Shown here piece after piece: positions 11,759-25,400 of a DNA stretch of 64,000 nucleotides. The notes under the pieces were generated by a model that ran no database searches, was not told where the DNA came from, and saw only the letters and a list, made by a program, of their open reading frames with translations. The stretch is from the NCBI RefSeq assembly GCF_008831285.2, contig NC_045138.2, forward strand, positions 37,634,001-37,698,000, in the 5' to 3' direction. The position numbers and the translations under genes are program-made. This DNA is from Nymphaea colorata (Eukaryota). Numbering within the stretch: the stretch's first letter is position 1; each line of letters begins with the position of its first letter.

Positions 11759-14700
11759 ATGCCGGGGAGCAAGTATAACCGCAACCCAGGCGTTCCTGCC
11801 ACTAGAGTGGAAAGGTTATTGAGAGAAAGAGGACTTCGGAAGATTAACAGAGGAATCAATTCGGGGGATGAGAATCTCGATGACGAGGAACGACAGGAAG
11901 AGGTGGCAACTGAAGTCGCAAATTCGTATGGTGATAGATGCGGCAGGGAAGATGGAAGACCTGTGAAGCAGAGGTTGTTGGTTGTAGCTAACCGGCTTCC
12001 AGTCTCCGCGATCAGGAAAGGAAAGGATTCATGGTCGTTGGAGATTAGTGCTGGAGGTCTGGTCAGCGCTCTTCTTGGTAAGAAGAAATCTGGACTCCTT
12101 GATTCGCATGGTGCTTCCTTTTCTGTAATTTTCTTTTTCCTTCCGTCTTCTGCTTGGAAAAATCGTTCACCAGCGAACTTGTTCACCAAAAGTTGTTTTG
12201 CTTATCGTCATTTTTGCTTGCTCTTATATCTTGACTATATTTTCTTTTAAGGCTGCGCATAATTGTTGCATATGATACGCCATTACTCGAGTTGGGAATT
12301 GAACTAGTTTGCAGAAATGCTATTCTGACATTAGAGTCATTTCTACTTCTTTTGATTTTTTGTTTGAAGCGGAAGCTTTTCTGTGCGTTGTCGCCTTTGG
12401 AGAAATATGCATCGTTTTAAATGCTTACGTTGTAGGTGTGAAACAGTTTGAGACCAAGTGGATCGGATGGGCTGGTGTCAATGTGCCAGATGAAAATGGT
12501 CAGCAGGCACTCACGAAAGCGTTAGCAGAGAAGGTATTGACTGGAAAATCATCTACTTTTCATGTACTTTCTCTTAGGTAATTATAGGTTGTCCTGTTTT
12601 TTTTTTTATTTAAGCGTTCGTTAGATGAGGATCAGTTTTGTTGGGATCTTTTCTGCCTGACATTGTACATTCTGAATCTTTGACCTCCACGATTTTCTTG
12701 AATTCATGCAGAGGTGCATACCTGTTTTTCTTGATGAGGATATAGTGCACCAGTATTATAATGGATACTGCAACAATATTTTGTGGCCTCTCTTTCATTA
12801 CCTTGGTCTTCCTCAAGAGGATCGCCTCGCTACTACACGCAGTTTTCAGTCCCAGTTTGACGCATATAAGAAGGCCAACCAAATGTTTGCTGATGTGGTC
12901 AATGAACATTATCAAGAAGGAGACGTGGTGTGGTGCCATGATTATCATCTGATGTTTCTGCCTAAATACCTTAAGGAGCGGAACAGCCAGATGAAAGTTG
13001 GTTGGTTTCTTCATACACCTTTTCCTTCATCTGAGATCCACAGGACGTTACCATCCCGTTCAGAACTTTTAAGATCTGTTCTTGCCGCTGACTTAGTTGG
13101 GTAAGCAATAAATGTCAATAAAAAATGGTGAGCCCATTTTTTATGATAATCTTGGTGCATCCTTTTGTTCGTAATGAAAGGGAGTCGCAAGCTTTTTTAC
13201 ATCTTGTAATCTATCCTAGTCTCTTAGAGAATCTTTTTGCATTTTGAGCACCATTCCATCTTTTGTGCATGAAAGGATAATTTGTTTTTGCTTATTTCAT
13301 ATGCCTAAATGATGGAGAATACAAGTGGGGATGATGACAAAATCTAGGCCATTCTCCTAATAACATTGTCCGTGACTGTCAAATTATGGTCAAGACATCA
13401 ACACCTTGTACTTTGAAAAAACAAAATGGTCTACACGTAGAATCTTAGGGCACTGAATCTGGAAGCAGACAAGAGCCTCTTATTGTGGTGATGCAGAAGG
13501 GAGCTAGCCCTGCAACCTCATTCTTAAAGAGCAAATGTGCACTTCTATAAGTTATTAAGATCAATGCTCTTCTTATTTCCTTAATCAGTGGAAAGAGAGA
13601 CAAACAGGAGTTACAGGACATTGTGGTGAGGCATGAGAAGCAGCAGATGTATTCCAGCATGAATTCTGAACCCTTTCCTGTACACAGACTTGGTTTAGGT
13701 CCAACACATCAATTCTGGAGAAAAAGGGATTTTGTTTGTATAGAATGTCCTGAAGCCTCATTAACAAACTGTACTCATGGCACTTGTCAGATGTGGCACT
13801 TTACACAGACATGGATATTTCGTCTCCACTTGTTTAAGGCACCATACAGCAGAGAGGGATGTTGTCAGGAGTTACAGGACATTGTGGTGAGGCATGAGAA
13901 GCAGCAGAATGTATTCCAGCATGAATTCTGAACCCTTTCCTGTACATAGACTTGGTTTAGTTCCAACACATCAATTCTGGAGAAAAAGGGATTTTGTTTG
14001 TAAAGAATGTCCTGAAGCCTCATTAACAAACTGTACTCATGGCACTTGTCAGATGTGGCACTTTACACAGACGTGGATATTTCGTCTCCACTTGTTTAAG
14101 GCACCATACAACAGAGAGGGATGTTGTCAGAATCTCAATTGATACTTTCATAAGCCACCAATTGTTCTGCCTGATCATATTCATGCATAGACACCTTTTC
14201 AGAGAAAACTTCATGAATGCACAGGAAAAAATAAATTTGAGGACCAATACAAGCTAAGCTTAATGTTTTCAGTTTGTTATCTAAGCCCTTGGAATTTGAA
14301 TCCTACACCAGAAGCCATCTTGAAGTGGGTCATATAACTGTAAATAGATTTGCAAAAAAAAACGTAGAATAGATTGTAATGCTGCACTGAGATGTCACAG
14401 ACTTTGGCTTTGCCTGGATTAAAACAGATCATCCATCTCATTGGTTGATTGAATCAGGCTGTTACCTGTTATGAAAGACGAATAGGTCTGACATTTCCAA
14501 GTGAGATGTTTCCTCACAGCTGCATCACAAGGTAGTTCGAAGAGATCAACCAAACCTTTTGCAGTAAAAGTCTGATTCTTATGCTCCTAAACTGGATCAT
14601 TCACTTGTGCCTTTCCTTGTGATGTAATAAGGTCATAAAGGAGTATTAGATGACATGTACCTTTTACATTATAGGACCACATAAGTTTGGAATTATCATA

Positions 14701-17700
14701 TTGGTGGGCAAATTAATCGGTCAATCTGGCTGTCAGTGACCTTACTGGTTGTTGAAAGCGTAGCACACTTGTTTTCCATTTCCTCCATATTCTTGGATGA
14801 AAGTCATCTCCTTTTCTCTGGGATTATATGAATAAGTTTCTAACTTATCTTCAGCCATTCTGACTCTGTGAAATTCTGTTTGAAGCTTCCACACCTATGA
14901 TTATGCGAGACATTTCGTTAGTGCTTGCACTCGTATACTTGGACTTGAGGGCACACCGCAAGGTGTGGAGGATCAGGGGAAGCTAACCCGTGTTGCTGCG
15001 GTACTGTTTTTGCTCATTTACTGCTCTGTTGCTGTGGTACTTTGATTACTGAAGTCTGATGAATGATTTATCAGCAGTTTTTTCTTTTTCATTTGCCTAG
15101 TTGTTCACGTGTTTACGCATGCATTACTTGTTTTCTGATTATTTAGTGGTTACTGTTCAAAATTTGAAATTTTGTTATGGTCTATTTTTATGTAAGAGAT
15201 TATTCTGGACAATGTTATGAGGTGTAACTTGTTGTCTTTCTTGTCTTTTTCGGAACTGCCAGTTTCCTATTGGAATAGACCCAGAGAGGTTCATTCGGGC
15301 ACTGGAGCTTCCACCTGTCCAAGAACATATCAGAGAGTTAAAAGAGCGATTTGCTGGAAGAAAGGTGAAGTCTGTTCTCCTAGAATTGAAGTGCATGAGA
15401 GCAATTTGAGAAATATTGTTTTTCACATGGAATTTTGTGCTTCTGTTGGGCAGGTAATGTTGGGCGTTGATCGACTTGACATGATTAAAGGAATTCCTCA
15501 GAAGATTTTGGCATTTGAAAAGTTTCTTGAGGAAAATCCTCATTGGCGTGACAAAGTTGTTCTATTGCAAATAGCTGTTCCTACAAGGACAGACGTTCCA
15601 GAATGTATGTTTTATTTCAATTTATTTATCTATTCAGTAGATGTAAGTTTCTACATTTTAGTTGCTAATAGTCTTTGAGTGTTGTACAGTTTAATTGCTA
15701 ATCTGTCCACGGATGAACAAAAAATGTTCTTTTTTGTGTATCATTTTCCTTTGCTGAGACAACACTTCTTTCTGTTTATGATTAGTTACAATGAGAAAAT
15801 TTCAGCTACTGCATTTTATACTTTTTCAGAAGTAGCAGTCTTATTATGCACATGCATCACATCAGTTATTCGGAGTAGATGGTAAACTTCTTAGTAAAAT
15901 ATTTACCGGCTTGTGGTTTAGATGGTCATCATTCTACTGAAATTTTGGTTGGGCATATTATAGAGGTAATCTATTGAGAAGTACATGCAGCTTCAGCATT
16001 TTTGAATTAGTTAATACTTCAGTAGCTACGCTAGCTTCCACATCAGTTGTTTCGATTGTTTGTAGATAATCTTCTTTGTGCATAGATATCATCTTCTTTA
16101 ATAATACAATACCCATTTAAGAGATAAAATAAAAGTCATATTCAATTTTTCTGCTATTCTAATCTTGAATTCTATATAATATATATCCATCGTCTGCTTT
16201 CTAAATGGATTGATCTGCCCGTCATTCCCTATTGATAATTAATCAATTCATGTATCAGGTTTTTATGGATAAAAAGGAAAATTATAGTGGTAAAGTGGCA
16301 ATATGCAGGAATTCTTGGTCGAAAGGACATATTGCCATTTCATGGACTCATCAACAATGGCATTTAAATAATCTTGTTCTGTCATATTTTGTCTTTTTTC
16401 CCTAAACCAGATAATTGTAGCATTGAAAACAATGACGATCATTGAAAACTACCTTGTCGGAATTGTCCTTTGTTCTTAAAGAGGGAGTTTTACCTTTCTC
16501 TAAGCAAGTGGAAGTGGTGGTCTATGTCACATGGGTGCGGGTGCCTGTGCAGGTGTGGGATGTGTCCAGTTCTAAAAAAAAAAGAAAAAAAGAAAGGAAT
16601 TTGCATGCTGGTGGGGTGAGGGAATATATGAGTAAAAACTTTAATGTTTTTATTTGCCTGCATTTTGATTTTTTTTTTCAAAGGTTACTTTAAGGTTTAA
16701 TCTCATTCAAAATTCAAGATTTTATTAAATAAAACAATGAAAACAATGAGAGGCCTGGTCTTTCAAAAAATTTGGGTATGGGGACACACCGTAAGAAACA
16801 AAGAGACAAGGGGGAAAAGGAGCAGGTGCGGTCAGTAGCACCCAACTCAGTCAAACCGAGTTAGGTGCCATGTCACTGTGCCACCGCCTACACCCGCATC
16901 GATGCAGGTGTGGTGCCATTTTTTTGGCATGTCCGTGTGACTTAGGTGGTGGTTCCATTTATTCTATATCTTGGTCTTTGTTCTTGGTCAATTCAAGGAT
17001 TTACCTAGTATAAACTGCATGAGATTCAAAATATACATTTATTTGGGGGGGGGGGGGCTGGGGGGGGCGGGGTGTTTGTCATCACCTATTTTGCTGGCAT
17101 GGAGACATAGAGTTTACGAGATAATTTGCAAAAACTTGGTGAAAAATGCTTTCATCATGGATTTATATGCTTGAGCGACTGTATCAGATGATGCTTTTAG
17201 AGGTCTCTATCTCACGCTTTTCAAGGATATTCATGCCCTGTGATATTCTCATCAATTTTCCACATTGTTCATTTTATTCATGATATTGGTAGACACAACT
17301 CATTTGCATCTCGTAAATAACATATAGATTTCACTGAAAATGACGAATGGCAGATCTCTCTCTCTCTCTCTTTCACTCTCTCTTTTGCTGTTGTGTGTAG
17401 ACCAAAGGCTCACAAGTCAGGTACATGAGATCGTTGGGCGTATCAATGGTCGCTTTGGTACATTGACGGCAGTTCCTATACATCACTTGGTATGTTTTTT
17501 TTTTTCGATATGCAAATTCAAAGACACATGAATTGAGCCAATCTTGAGATTTTTATGTGTGGCCAAAAAACAGTTAAAGAAGGTAAACTTATTGAGTGAA
17601 TTACTATCTTCAAGTATGTTTGACTCTATAAATCAGTGTTGCAGAAAGCGTGTTTTATTCGAAAAAACATTAAAAACAAGTCAGCTGAAAAATGGAAAAA

Positions 17701-19393
17701 AACATGTTTTTTTTAAAAAAAAAAATACCAAACAACAAAAACACGAAAGGCACGTAATATTTGCTTTTTTCGTTTTTTCATGTTTTTTACAATTTTCAGT
17801 TACCAGATTTTTATTTTCACAATTTTTGCATTTTATTTTTGTTATTTTTTTTTACTTTTTGAAATTTGCCTGTCTTCCAGAGGAAAACCACTTTTTCATA
17901 TTATACCTGAGAAAAACCTTGTTGTTTTGTACCCGAGAACAATATTTGTGATAATGCTACAAGTCATTGTAACAGAAAACACATTCTATTTTAAAAAACA
18001 CGAAAAAATCTTAAAAATAGGTCAGCCGAAAAAACAGGAAAAAATGTCAAAATGAAAAACACGAAAAAAAACATGTTTTGTTCATGTTTTTCTGAGTTTC
18101 TTTCATTTTTATGTTTTTTTTTTTCATTTTTTAGTTTCCAGATTTTTATTTTCACATTTTTCACATGTTATTTTTAAGATCTTTCCTTTTTTTAACTTTT
18201 TTAAAACTTGCCGAGATTCTCCCAATATTTTTTCGAGAAAAACAATTCTTCCATATTATACCCGAGAAAAAACTCGCCGTTTAAAAACGATATTTATGAT
18301 AATGCTATAAATAAATACCTCAGTGAGCAAAAGCTTTGATGCTCTTGAACATGAAAATTTTTCAAAATTTCTTCACAGATAATGTCGCAAGTCCTAAGCA
18401 TTTGGCTGCCTCATCTCAACTTCATGTATATGACCAAGGTGTGGCTGAACTTGTTTCATCTAGTAGCAAAAACTTGTTCAACTTAGTTCAGTAAGATGGA
18501 TCTATCTACTGTCTATATTGATCTATCATTATAACAGATGATGACAATACCCACGATATATAAAATGAAATACAAAAGCAACAAAAGATGGCCAATAATA
18601 GTAAATAAAGCTGAACGCTACAGGTCTCATACACAACCAAATATTACATATTAACAGGTGTATGGATTGAGCCGGTACAACTTCCAGCAACATTTTGCCC
18701 CTATACATATAGGAAAAGTTAATGTTGTGCGCTGGGTTAGTTGCCTGATATCTAAAAATTTGAAAAATCATTGGTAAAAGAACTATAAATTGTCAATAAT
18801 GCCACCATAAACCATCACCACACTATAAACCGTGACTAATGCCAATTTAGTGACTTTTTTCAGCGACAGAATTTTAAATTTTTGATTAACATGAGCTGCC
18901 TAAGTAGGATTTTTGGGTAGAGTGTAGGAGGTTTTGGTTATTCAGCTTGACTTATTTGTGACTGTCGTTCAAATGAGCTGTTAAAATGACTCTTTAGTTG
19001 TTGTTAAATCTCATTATCCTGTTTGTTCTTTATGGACCCTGCTGCTACTCTCTGCTGAAAGCTTGATTTTTTTTCATGTGCAGGACCGTTCACTTGATTT
19101 TCATGCTCTGTGTGCACTATATGCAATCACAGGTCCTCAAAGGTTTCCTGGTTTATATAAGTTTTTTTTCATTTTTTTTCTATCTTCGGGGGCAAACAAT
19201 ATTCAGGTATTGGAAAAAGGAAGGGGCTTATCCCTAACAATATGAAAAATGACATTTAAACACAAAAGGCGGTCAAGTTGTTTTAAAAGGTTGCTATGTA
19301 TCAGTTTTTTTTTTTCAAAACTGACCTTCTTTCAGATTTAACATATATATATATATATATATATATACTATACACACACACACACACACAAAC

Positions 19394-19451
<58 letters not shown>

Positions 19452-19454
19452 TAT

Positions 19455-19485
<31 letters not shown>

Positions 19486-22400
19486 TCTTTTTTGGTGACG
19501 TGAATGATTAAGAAGTGAAAATATTTTGCTGTTCTTAAGATTCCTTGGACTTCTCACAGAACTGAACAAATCTCTATGTTGAAGACTTGTTAAAAATTTT
19601 GCATTACATATAAACTTCCTACAGCTGGACAGACATCTTTAACTCTATGCACTGTCTAAGACTCTAAGTTTACTCAACTTTTAAACCAATTTTCCCTTGC
19701 ATGCTTACACTTTCTTCTAATATCATTGATATTTTGTATTTTCTACTGATATTGTGATATACCACCTGCCAGATGTTGCATTAGTTACTTCCTTGCGTGA
19801 TGGAATGAATCTTGTTAGTTATGAGTTTGTAGCATGCCAAGATGCAAAAAAGGGTGTTCTTATTCTTAGTGAAGTAAGTAACTTAATCTTGTCCCCAGAG
19901 TAACTGATTTGAAGCTTGTGCTTTTCTTAGTTCATATTTTTGTGTCATATTTTGCTTCTGTTGTGTACATCTGGATGAATGCATGGGCAGCATGTTTATT
20001 TATGCTTTTAAAGGCGATTCTTGTGTCTCTGCTGTTTGCAGAACACATCTCTTTTCTGTCCTTCCATCTTGTCAATAGCCTGGTTGATGAATGCCGTACC
20101 TTGTTATATATGTATACAGTGCTGAATGACATCCAAGTCAAAGTGTACTAAATCTGTGTGAGGATCCAGCAACTAACATTTATAAATGAGTATTCCAATC
20201 GCTTGATGTGCTCATAATTTTTGCAATTTATTTTTTGTTCATTGGTCGGCTGGGTTTGGTAAGCTGAGGAGTCACACTTGGTCATCCTTGTAGAGAGGCT
20301 TATGCATGTTTAAGGCCCAACATATTAGATGACTGAGATTTGTTCTGTTACTGGTCAACAGAAATCAGAAAGGCTGTCTGGCTTTCCACCTTTATAGGCC
20401 GTTGCATCTTGTGTACTTTCTGTGCATGAAGATGGGGTGAGAACTTAGGAAAGGCGTTCTATAGACTGAGACTCTTTATCTTTTTTTTTTTTCTTTTTCC
20501 TTTTCATGTACTCTTTTTGGACTGCGTAGGTGTCACTAGGCCTTTTTGGAAGGATACTGCCTAGGCCGACCTCATGCTTTTGTCTACTAAGTTAACAATT
20601 AACAAGTGCAGTTCTGTCAATGATTCAATGGAAAATAAAGCAAATTGTTGGCTGTCACACCTGAGTTGCTCCTGCACTCACACCTGAGCAGCTTTTTTGA
20701 AGAGTCTATGTGGCTTAGCTCTAGCTGGTTTAGATCATGTTGACTTTAGTAAACTATGGTTGTGATTCTGCTCGTTTGAAAATTCATATTTGCAAGATTA
20801 AGTGTATGAATGGCCCCCTCTAATGTTTAATTAATACAAACTTCCCTGTTTATGCTTCATCCATCATCTTTTTCTTATAAAGTCATCTGACATTCACTAT
20901 CCCGAAATTTAAACCATTTCCTATGATGCTTTAGGAGTGGTCAATTGACTCAATTCTATGTTCTAAAATATATTTTCTTTTTAGTAACTGTAATTTTTTA
21001 TATGTTGATTTTTGCTTCCTTTCTCTCAACAACTTGTTTTGATCACCTTTTTCTTTTTGTAGTTTGCAGGAGCTGCACAGTCTCTTGGCGCCGGTGCTTT
21101 ACTTGTTAATCCGTGGAATATTACAGAAGTTGCTGCTTCAATTGGTCAGGCATTAGATATGCCTGCAGATGAGAGAGAGAAAAGGCATAAGCATAACTTT
21201 CAACATGTCACCACCCACACTGCCCAAGTGTGGGCCGAAACCTTTGTTAGGTACTATCATAGCTTTCTCATCTATGTGTTAATGTCTCGTAGGTGCAGGG
21301 ATGGACACATCATACAGAACAAACTTGCGAATGGGGGTGTAGGAAGTGTTTATTATCGATGGACAACATATATCATTACAATTGTTTATCAAACGAAAAG
21401 ACTTCGTCAGTGTGGTGCAAAAAGGAAGATCGTTCAAGCTTTAATGAAATTGTGATTTTAAAAATCCATGTTTAGGCAAGTATTGAAATTAAACTAGAAA
21501 TAAACAAGAGAAGGTCCAACAAATCCATGTTTAGGCAAGTAAAGAAAATTAAACTAGTAATAAACAAGAGGTCAAACAACAATGGTTTTTACTACTGAAG
21601 TTCTTCAATATCAGAAGCAAAGCAAAATTTAGTACCTGTATACAAAAGAATTCTAGAACGTAAAATTGTTTATAAACAGTGAGCTTATGAATAATGTAAG
21701 AGTACCCAAGTTGACAATATGTAAAATCCTATGTGAACTATAATTTTATGAATCATTTAACTGTACCTAGCTTGACTTGCAATGAGTCAGATGAGTACCC
21801 GGATGCGGATAGAACCCATGGACTTGCATGGGCATTAGTTGACTGTACCAGATTCAACTGACAACTGATTTTACGAGTTAAGAGTTACATCTCAGCCGCA
21901 ACCGAAGGTGTAGCTTAAAAATTTATGTAAGGTGAGCCATCATTATTAACATCAAAATTTCAGGTTGTTCCTGGAAGTTTCCAAAAAACTTTCAATCTAT
22001 TTTCCTTTTTCCAAGGGTCCATCCCCCTGTTTCAGCCTGGCCTGCGCCAATGCTCAGTGTGTATGTAATGTGAGCCGGAAATCTACCTAAAGAGTCTATG
22101 TTACATATATAGGTGTTCCTGCGTATATTACAACAATCCTCAGTATGAAATCCTATTATTATGTGTGCATCCATGGTTGTGCAAAAGCAACATTTGATTC
22201 ATGAGCAGATATTGGTTTCCATGATGTAGAAGAAAGTTCTAGTTTGGCATCTTTTCATGCCCTGAAGGACATCTATTCTCTTACTAAAGCTTTTTTTCAT
22301 TGGATGGTATTATCAACGTGACTTTTCTTCACTATATCTGCTAGCTTTTCCTATCACTTATATTAGTTATTTTTTTCAGTGAGCTTAATGACACTGTTGT

Positions 22401-25400
22401 TGAAGCCCAGTTGAGGACAAGGCAAATACCACCCTCGCTTCCAATCAAAACTGCTGTTGAGCGTTACTTGCATGCAAGGAATCGACTCCTGATACTGGTA
22501 TTCTTTATTGTGTATCTTTGTGTAATGCAAATGACGCCTGTGCTTTATAGGCAGGGAATTGTGTCAGTCGTTGGCGGTAGCATGCCGGCCCAATTTAGTT
22601 GCAACAGGCCATGGTGATGGTGATGATTGACATTAGGGTGAGGAATTGTCATAATGGATAGAGTTACAGTAATACCATAGTATCTTTATTGATTTAGGTG
22701 TTACATTTCTTAATCTGAGAGCAAATGGGGTTTTATATATATATATATATGCCAGTATGATGAAGCGAATATCAACTGCTAGAGTTAAGCACAATTACTA
22801 CTGCTTCTGATTTATCTTGCGTATTTCTACGGTTCTAAGGGCTATTATGGACCTCCATGGTTAATTGTTTCTACAAGGGGATGACTGTAAACGAGGAGGA
22901 CAAACTGCCAAAAGCAGAAACATATCAGAGGCACTAAGGCATCAAATAACGTACTCTTGAATAACAATATAAACTGTACGAAAATATCGCAACAAGCCTT
23001 GTATGAACTACATACGACTGGGATTCCATTCCTATTTATACAAAACAATTGAGGAGACGTAAGAAGGAAGGAGCCAAGAGTTAGGCCTCGGGCTGGCTCG
23101 GGCTGGCTCCATCCTGGTCGAAGTCGAAGGGTAACTTTGATAAGGTAGAGCGCCAAAATGACAGTTAAAAATAAAAACTAAAAATTACAACATAAACAAA
23201 AGAATAAAATACAAAAGAAAGCTATATACAAGTTTGTACGTTATATATATATAAAGGAAACTGAATGATGACTAAGAAACATCAAATAATAACCCTCGTC
23301 ATCAATTTTTTTTTATGGAAGAGTCCTTTTTAATATTGTTTTTTAGTTTTTGTCTTGTTTTGGGTTGTGAAGGAGGAGGTCCTCCACCGGCCGATGGTAG
23401 TCGGTCGTCCGGCGGCGCTGACCGACAGCCTGGGCGCCGACGTCGTCTGGCGGATGAGGATAACAGCCCTCTAAATGTGAGGGAAGAAGGAACAAGGGGA
23501 TCACCCTCCTCCGCCGGCCGAGGGCGGCGCCCAGCCCGTCGGCCGGCACCGCCCGACGACTCCCGACCGTCGGCGGCCCCGGCCGACGGTCTGGTCGCGG
23601 CTGTCGGCCGGCGGGAGGTAGAAATCCCCTCCCCCTTTCCTCCTCAGGTTGAGAGTGGAACAAACGTGAGGGAGGGCGAATGGTTCCTCCGCTCCCACCT
23701 CACAGTGGCGGAGCTCAGGCCGGCGCCTCCCGGCGGTCGGTGACCGTCCGGAGGTGCTGGTCAACGACCTGGGCGCCGCCGTCGGGTGGTGGGAAGGGGT
23801 TCCCGGTGGGATGGGGAGGAACCCCTCTCCCTCCCAAACGTTTCTCAGCTTGGGGGGGCGGGGGATTCCTTCCTCCCGTCGGCGGCCGACGGGAGGGAGG
23901 GAGGAATCCCCTCCACCCCTTCCTCCTCAATGTGAGAGAGGGAGAGGCTTCTTCCCCCTCCCACCATCAGACGGCGGCGCCGCTGCGGACGGTTCAGCGG
24001 CGCCGCCTGTTGGTTGGTGAAGGAAAGAATTTCAGAAAAAGAATATATTAAATTAGTAATAAAATAATAAATATAATTTAAAAAAAAAAAAAAAAGGATG
24101 AAACCATCAATCCAAAGATGAATGATCATCGTTTGATGTCTTTACATGTCATTTGAACCTTCGCGCACCGTTGAGTGACTATGATGGGTAGGTGTCGGTA
24201 AAGGGTAAAAGCCAAGACTTATTAAATTAATCTTAAAAAGTGTTGTAAACAAAATATGGACCTTCTAATATGTTTATAAACACTAACTTAATATAAACCA
24301 TGCTTTAGTTCAAGTAAAAAAAATTGATATTTATACTACCAACATTTTGATATTATAAGAGCAGTTTACTTTTTTAACTATTAAAAAAATCATTATTTAA
24401 GTAAGAAAACGATTAACTTATATATGTTTCTCATCAAAGCACTCTTAAGACCATACTTATAAGGTTAGATTTCAAAAAGAATATTTTAGTAATTAATTTC
24501 AATAGGTCTGGGTTTTTTGTCTCTTATCCAAATGGTCTGGTTTTTATCAGTTTTCCTATATATATATAATTGTATATATATACACGCACCCATATAATAT
24601 GTATAAATATAAACAAACATATGCAGAGGTATTTACATGCAATCTAACAATGTCGACTAGTGGAGTTTTAATAGCAAGCTGCTGACTAATTCTCAGTTGA
24701 ACATGAAAATGGTTCCCTATCCAACAGCTGAATTTGAAACTGTCTTGACAGATCGTGCAATTGCGTGTTTAAAGTCATACTTTGCAATCTGCCTAATTTT
24801 TTTCTTTTTCCTTTTTTTTTTCAAACAACCCAGATGACATAGTACATTGATCGACTTATGGTTCTCTTTTGGTCCCTATGTTACTCTTAGCACTCAAAAG
24901 GTTACCTGGGCTGTGCTCCTAGATCCAAGGCACCCACCATGCGTGAAAAAATGTGTTATCTTTTATTCTTCTTTTTCTACTTTTATTTTCCTGTATTATT
25001 TTACTTATTTTTTCCTTTTCTTTATGTCCGTTTTCTTTATATTCTCCTCCTTCTTTCATCGACTGTTTTTGTTTGGCCTGCTGAGACACCTCGTCCTTTC
25101 TGAAGATCCACCACCTAGCGCTTTTGTCTACTAAAATGTTCTTACAGAATGTCGTGCCTAATCATCATCACTGATTGGGTTAGCCTGTGAATTCCTGATT
25201 CCAGTTTGTCCAAAAAAGAATGCTGATAGGCCGTAAACTACTTTCTTCTAAAGGTTTTGTCTTTAAATTTGTGGTTCTTCTACATGGTACGTTTTTCTTA
25301 TCAGGGTTAATCTTTGGATCAGTGAATGATTATTAGAGTACTGCACTTTCTGTTCATGGCATGTAAATGATCTATTAGCATAGGCCTTATTATGCACTTG

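Noticed and set aside
23315..24129. Cluster of overlapping 70-140-aa ORFs on both strands
   Set aside because: These are low-complexity G/P/R/A translations caused by stop-codon scarcity in a GC-rich foldback element inside a TPS1 intron.
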